From Candidatus Heimdallarchaeota archaeon (lineage in GTDB: Archaea > Asgardarchaeota > Heimdallarchaeia > Heimdallarchaeales > Heimdallarchaeaceae), in assembly GCA_030603365.1 (NCBI GenBank), contig JAUVXV010000012.1:1-64000 (forward strand): 64,000 bases of DNA, in the 5' to 3' direction. A program made the position numbers and the translations under genes. Numbering within the stretch: the stretch's first letter is position 1; each line of letters begins with the position of its first letter. Of this stretch, positions 59,546 through 64,000 are shown piece after piece. Under the pieces are notes generated by a model that worked only from the letters and a program-made list of their open reading frames with translations, did no database searches and was not told where the DNA came from.

Positions 59546-61294
59546 TTAGTCCAATAGAACTCCACTTAATTTCATATCATTTAAAATTCTATCAATCATT
59601 TGCTTCTGATCTGTTTCCACCTCGCTAGTTTCTACTTCAATTCCTAGTAATAACGAGTTAGTTTCATTATAAGTGATACTTACATGATCAATGTCAAGAT
59701 CTTTTAAATCAGGATCTACACCTATATCCCATACAAAAGTCACTATTGTATTATCTTTATTAAATTCGACATGTTTGGTAAGTATCTCTTTGTCTTCTAT
59801 ATAGTTTGCCAGTTTATCAACATTAATGCTTCTATTCAAAGTCATATTGATAACGAAATCTTTGAGAGCTTTTCTCTCCATTTTCCTTTTGCTCCATCGT
59901 AGATAAAAGACAATTCCTATCCAACATACAAGACTAATGATGAACATTATTAGAGTCCCGTATTTGGACATTAAACCCCCGAAAACAGTATCAGATGATC
60001 CGTATTCACCAACAGCAAAAGCAAAAACTTCTAGTATTATACTTCCTGCTAATATCAATTCAATCATGTCAATAGCTTCACCAGTTCTTGTATTTGCCTG
60101 AAGAACTTGATTCATACTCTTAGTATTTCTTGTCATTGCTTTGTTCATATTTCTCATTTGCATTTCAGATAGTGTTGAGATGTAATTTCTAATTCCTTCA
60201 AGTTCAGTTAGTAAACCATTGATTATCTTGTCTGCTTCCTTTACTCTTTCCCTTGAAATATTCAATCCTTTTTCAACGTCATATAAATCATTCAAATCAG
60301 AAATATTGTTTTCTTTATAAATTTGCATCAGTTCGAATGTCGAATCTTTTAGAAATTCTTGTATCTGACCTACCAAGCTGATTGTACTTGTAAGAAGAGT
60401 AATTTGCTCTTGAACTTTATTTAAAGCATCTGTATTACCTCTTACAGCTTCATCAACAAGATATTTGATATTATTTGCTTGGTCATAAAGTTCCCAGATT
60501 CTTGACATGAAACAATCAACAAAAGTACTAATAGCATGTTGAATGCCCCAGAGGGTTATTTGGTATTCATTTTCTTCTGTAAAATTATCTAATATAGCTA
60601 AAGTTCCTCTTGTACCCTTGAAGAAAAGATTTGAACCCTTTTGGTAAGGTTTGTGCCCTTCACCAATTAATTGACTAATTTCTATTTCGCAGTCTTCCCC
60701 ATCACAATATTCTTTCACATCATCATGTCTAATATTGATATCTTCACCTATATAGCAAATTGTTTTTGGTCTGTGCATTGGATTACCAAAAATTATTTCA
60801 ATGAAATTTCTTTGAAACTCAGTTAGAAGACTGTCTATAACCATAGAACTGTCTTGCGATATATCTGCTACAACTCGTGAAAGCTTATCCAGAGACATAA
60901 AACTATTTTGTCCTTCTATCTCACGTAGATTTAGAGAGTAGACTACAAAACCAGTTTTTGAGATGAAAATGGCCATTTCTTCTATTTGGACAATTCCTTC
61001 CTCCTCAGTTAGATCAATTACTGCTTCAAGATTAACGAAACTATCTAGAATATAATCTTGAACGAGTACTTTTGTATGTTTGCCAGTAGAGTAGAATATT
61101 GGTACATTTGGTGATTTATCAATTAGACCTGTTAGAAGGGTTTTATGGGCACCTTTTTCTATATCGAGTTTTTTATTAAGTTCTCTCATTTGATTTGAAT
61201 CAAAGGGTAGCCATTCTATTACAAATATCTTGGGATTTTTAATATAAAGAATTTCAGATAATTCATCTTTTATAGTGTGCGATGTATCTTCCAT
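59546..61294 (-). CDS. Uncharacterised membrane protein with CorA-like layout (soluble domain, long helices, two TM segments)
   Basis: Long coiled-coil followed by two hydrophobic helices; no GMN motif. Confidence 0.6.
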   Translation of the reverse strand: MEDTSHTIKDELSEILYIKNPKIFVIEWLPFDSNQMRELNKKLDIEKGAHKTLLTGLIDKSPNVPIFYSTGKHTKVLVQDYILDSFVNLEAVIDLTEEEGIVQIEEMAIFISKTGFVVYSLNLREIEGQNSFMSLDKLSRVVADISQDSSMVIDSLLTEFQRNFIEIIFGNPMHRPKTICYIGEDINIRHDDVKEYCDGEDCEIEISQLIGEGHKPYQKGSNLFFKGTRGTLAILDNFTEENEYQITLWGIQHAISTFVDCFMSRIWELYDQANNIKYLVDEAVRGNTDALNKVQEQITLLTSTISLVGQIQEFLKDSTFELMQIYKENNISDLNDLYDVEKGLNISRERVKEADKIINGLLTELEGIRNYISTLSEMQMRNMNKAMTRNTKSMNQVLQANTRTGEAIDMIELILAGSIILEVFAFAVGEYGSSDTVFGGLMSKYGTLIMFIISLVCWIGIVFYLRWSKRKMERKALKDFVINMTLNRSINVDKLANYIEDKEILTKHVEFNKDNTIVTFVWDIGVDPDLKDLDIDHVSITYNETNSLLLGIEVETSEVETDQKQMIDRILNDMKLSGVLLD

Positions 61295-61295
61295 T

Positions 61296-61925
61296 TTATC
61301 TCCTCACAAGTTTATCTGCAATCCTAAGAAAGTAAGGTTTAGAAACATAACTTACATCCTCACTTTCCAAAAAGTCCAATTGAAAGTCAGAAACGTCACA
61401 TTCGGGACAATCAATTTTGATGTCCGGATCATCTCCCATATTCATATAGAAATCTAAGTGGGTTTTACAGTGTTCACAATAAAATAGGTTATGTACTTCA
61501 TCTTGAACATCTTGAGGAATAAGTTTCAGATATTTGAATCCTAAAACTGTGATTCGATAAGCAGTAACAAAGCCATGTTGTGATGTGCTTAAGCGTATTT
61601 TTTCTAGAAAATCTAATTCTCTTAAATCCTCAATATCATCTACACCTTCATAAGAGAGATTAACAGTAAAACTACTGCGTCCAAAGAGTTGTATTGAAGT
61701 TGGAGCATAGTCATATGTCTCATATGTTCCCTTCACAATCTGATAATAAATCACTGCCCACAGAGGGAGCTCTTTTACCCAAATTCTCTCATTATTTGTT
61801 TCCAGATAATGATCCCCGCCTTTTACCCATTTTGTGAGATAGTCAATTGTATAAAGCAAGATTTGTTGGTCTCTAGTTAGTCTTGCCATATCTAAGTTAT
61901 CCCCCATTGGTTGCTCGAAAGTCAT
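61296..61925 (-). CDS. Uncharacterised protein with wHTH-like core and CxxC...CxxC zinc site
   Basis: YDYAP, DDIEDLRE...AYRIT..G, CEHC...CPEC; only 1 bp from the next gene. Confidence 0.65.
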   Translation of the reverse strand: MTFEQPMGDNLDMARLTRDQQILLYTIDYLTKWVKGGDHYLETNNERIWVKELPLWAVIYYQIVKGTYETYDYAPTSIQLFGRSSFTVNLSYEGVDDIEDLRELDFLEKIRLSTSQHGFVTAYRITVLGFKYLKLIPQDVQDEVHNLFYCEHCKTHLDFYMNMGDDPDIKIDCPECDVSDFQLDFLESEDVSYVSKPYFLRIADKLVRR

Positions 61926-62011
61926 ACTTCAAAAACAAACCTTTAAGATATTTTAATCTTTCTGGAAAAACTTTTTTAATAAAGTAAAAAAAGAATTGAA
62001 AGATAAAATAA

Positions 62012-62656
62012 TCATCTTTTCTTCTCTAATTCTTTATCTTTTTTTGCGATTCTTTCAACTAAATCTTTGAAACCACGAGGTTCTTGATCTGAGTCAAATG
62101 TGAAAACAACAGGACGACGTTTACGTTCGACATCAAGTGCTCTAGCAATCTTTCCTGCTTCATATTTCTCTCTTACCTGGGATTTCTTTCCAATCCAGAC
62201 ATATATTTCGTCATAAGCATCTAAAACAAAGGAATCATTTGATTTTAGGTTCTTATATTTTATTGGAACCTCTTTAGTTTGAATTGTGCCATCGTCTTTT
62301 TGGATTATCTGAAGTAATTTATAATCAATATCCGCTTTCAATTCAAAGTGTTTTAAGAATCCAGGGGTATCACCTTCAATAACCTGAAAATCAAGTAATT
62401 CTTTGAATTCTTCAGGTTCATCTCCTTCCATAATTGTTTTGATAAGTAGATCTTTGTTTTCTTCTTCGACAACCTTAGCTGTCCAAGCACCTACAGCTTT
62501 ATCATCACAATAAGATTTAGACCCTAACCAAATCCAAATATGAGTGGATGTTGTAATAAGATAAACATCACCATTTAGAAATTTATAAGGTTCTTTTACT
62601 GGATTTAGCCTTTTTCTAACTACGTGATAAACATTCATGTTAACACTTATTTTCAT
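62012..62656 (-). CDS. Two-domain gelsolin-family actin regulator (Asgard 2DGel-type)
   Basis: FLNGDVYLI...IWIWLGSKS...EGDEPEEF and LKSNDSFVLD...IYVWIGKKS...EK...EPRGF gelsolin repeats; LKHF in the linker. Confidence 0.9.
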   Translation of the reverse strand: MKISVNMNVYHVVRKRLNPVKEPYKFLNGDVYLITTSTHIWIWLGSKSYCDDKAVGAWTAKVVEEENKDLLIKTIMEGDEPEEFKELLDFQVIEGDTPGFLKHFELKADIDYKLLQIIQKDDGTIQTKEVPIKYKNLKSNDSFVLDAYDEIYVWIGKKSQVREKYEAGKIARALDVERKRRPVVFTFDSDQEPRGFKDLVERIAKKDKELEKKR

Positions 62657-62753
62657 CAGAGCATAAAAGATTTATGAAAAAAGCAATCGTATAACTTATT
62701 TTTTGATTGCTTAACTCGTAAGATTTTAATAGTTTTAAGAAGATAAAATCCTT

Positions 62754-63422
62754 ATGAGTAATCTAGGCAACGAAGAATCACTTTTTGCTGATGAAGAAGA
62801 TGAACCTTTGTGGAAACAGATAACAGAGAAAATTAAACCTTTTCTTACTCAAGAAGATATTGTTAACATGGATTTGGATAGTTTTTCTGCTCTAGTTAAA
62901 AGATTACATGGAATCAAAGAGCTTACAGAGCATGAGATGTCCTATGCAAAAAAGAATAGAGATTTGATTTTGATTAGAATGGGTCTTTTCCATAATATTC
63001 CAGATCTAACTGAAGATGATTTAGAGGTAGCGCTGAAGCAAATATCTGTCAGATTAGCAACCTACTATTATAGTAATAATGTAGCTAACTCGTTAGAAGA
63101 AGCTCAAAATATTGTTTTAGAAGTTATGCGACAAGGTTTTACAACCAGTGTAACCGTCAGCTTAAATCCTGAAGAAGAGATAATTAAACTTAGAGAGAAA
63201 CTAAGTATCATTTCAAGGGTTAATCTTGAAAATGCAAAAGACATTGCATCTTTACTAACCAAAACTAAGGATAAACTGATGAACATAGGAATATCAGGCT
63301 CTGTTTTTTATGAGATAGAAAAATTCTGTCAAATGCTTAAAAGGCAAAGAGAAGAAGATCTACCAACTAAAACTGAAATACTAGATGCCTCCTTTGAATG
63401 GCAAGTCAAAATTCAAAAGTGA
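62754..63422 (+). CDS. Hypothetical alpha-helical protein
   Basis: 222-codon ORF with normal composition, divergent from gelsolin; no motif recognised. Confidence 0.7.
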   Translation: MSNLGNEESLFADEEDEPLWKQITEKIKPFLTQEDIVNMDLDSFSALVKRLHGIKELTEHEMSYAKKNRDLILIRMGLFHNIPDLTEDDLEVALKQISVRLATYYYSNNVANSLEEAQNIVLEVMRQGFTTSVTVSLNPEEEIIKLREKLSIISRVNLENAKDIASLLTKTKDKLMNIGISGSVFYEIEKFCQMLKRQREEDLPTKTEILDASFEWQVKIQK

Positions 63423-63427
63423 GTGTA

Positions 63428-64000
63428 ATGAAAGAAGATGCAGATATACCCAAAATACCTACAATAGAAAGTCAGGAAGATGAAATTGGTACTAATGACA
63501 AATCCGACCAAGAGACACCTGGACCTATGCACAATATATCTACAAAAATCAAAGAAACGGTAAATATAGATTTATTTCTACCTCAAATACACAAATGGAT
63601 TTCTGATAAAATCAAACCAGGACCAACACTAATAATTGGAGAAAAAATCGGTGAGTTTGCTGTAAATATTTCTGAAAAAGTCCCTAGTGTTATTGCAAGA
63701 GAAAGTACTTCTTCATATGTTAGTCCAAAAGCTGAAGTGAAAGACGAATCTGATTTAGGTAAAATAGATTTGAAACCTTTTGATTTAGAAAAATTATCAT
63801 CAATTCAAGATATTTTTATCAATATTATAGTAATTTTTACTTTACGTAAAATTGATAGAGAGCATCAACAACTTCTCTTGGCTCAATGTAAAAGAATGCT
63901 TGCTAGAGATGGGCAACTCATAGTTGTAGGAGAATTCTACCCTAAATCTGTGTTCCTCTTGCCTATTGCATTTACTAAAGAAAGTATCAGAATTTTCAAA
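63428..64000 (+). CDS. Class I SAM-methyltransferase-like protein, degenerate motif I, truncated by the window edge
   Basis: Not in the ORF track. Open from ATG 63428 to the edge: TLIIGEKIGEFA...FINIIVIFTLRKI...CKRMLARDGQLIVVGEF. Confidence 0.6.
   Translation, partial: MKEDADIPKIPTIESQEDEIGTNDKSDQETPGPMHNISTKIKETVNIDLFLPQIHKWISDKIKPGPTLIIGEKIGEFAVNISEKVPSVIARESTSSYVSPKAEVKDESDLGKIDLKPFDLEKLSSIQDIFINIIVIFTLRKIDREHQQLLLAQCKRMLARDGQLIVVGEFYPKSVFLLPIAFTKESIRIFK

Noticed and set aside
2410-63286. Dozens of short ORFs (60-137 aa) antisense to or nested in long genes
   Set aside because: They overlap well-supported genes, have no motifs and show the Ser/Phe/Ile bias expected from the reverse strand of AT-rich coding DNA.

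Overview
AT-rich, gene-dense archaeal DNA with GGTGA/GAGGTG ribosome-binding sites, BRE-TATA promoters and poly-T terminators. The gene content points to an Asgard archaeon, probably Heimdallarchaeia-like (inference): four Arf/Sar-like small GTPases with longin-like tails, a two-domain gelsolin and a family of large TPR proteins. The window has four blocks. (1) 1-19650 is a signalling island. A 12-PAS/DUF835/winged-HTH regulator, two PAS histidine kinases and several receivers are bracketed by two outward-facing units, each with one Gln-type and one His-type small GTPase. A gene missing from the ORF track (minus strand, 1988 to <1) carries nine tandem 28-aa WH2-like repeats. A helically phased 39-bp motif lies upstream of four transcription units of this island, always in the same orientation relative to the gene. 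This is the best candidate for an undescribed system, a co-regulated sensor -> phosphorelay -> GTPase pair -> actin-regulator circuit; the functional link is inferred, not shown. (2) 19.8-36.8 kb holds a group 3b sulfhydrogenase operon divergent from mvhGA-flxDCBA-hdrA-hdrL-protease-mvhD, with no hdrBC in the window. (3) 38.8-51.7 kb holds five TPR paralogues, one frameshifted, with recombination scars. (4) 51.7-64 kb holds phosphatases, a type VII ABC system, an unknown two-gene membrane module and gelsolin. I saw no rRNA, tRNA, CRISPR array or transposase. Domain calls are by motif recognition, without database searches.
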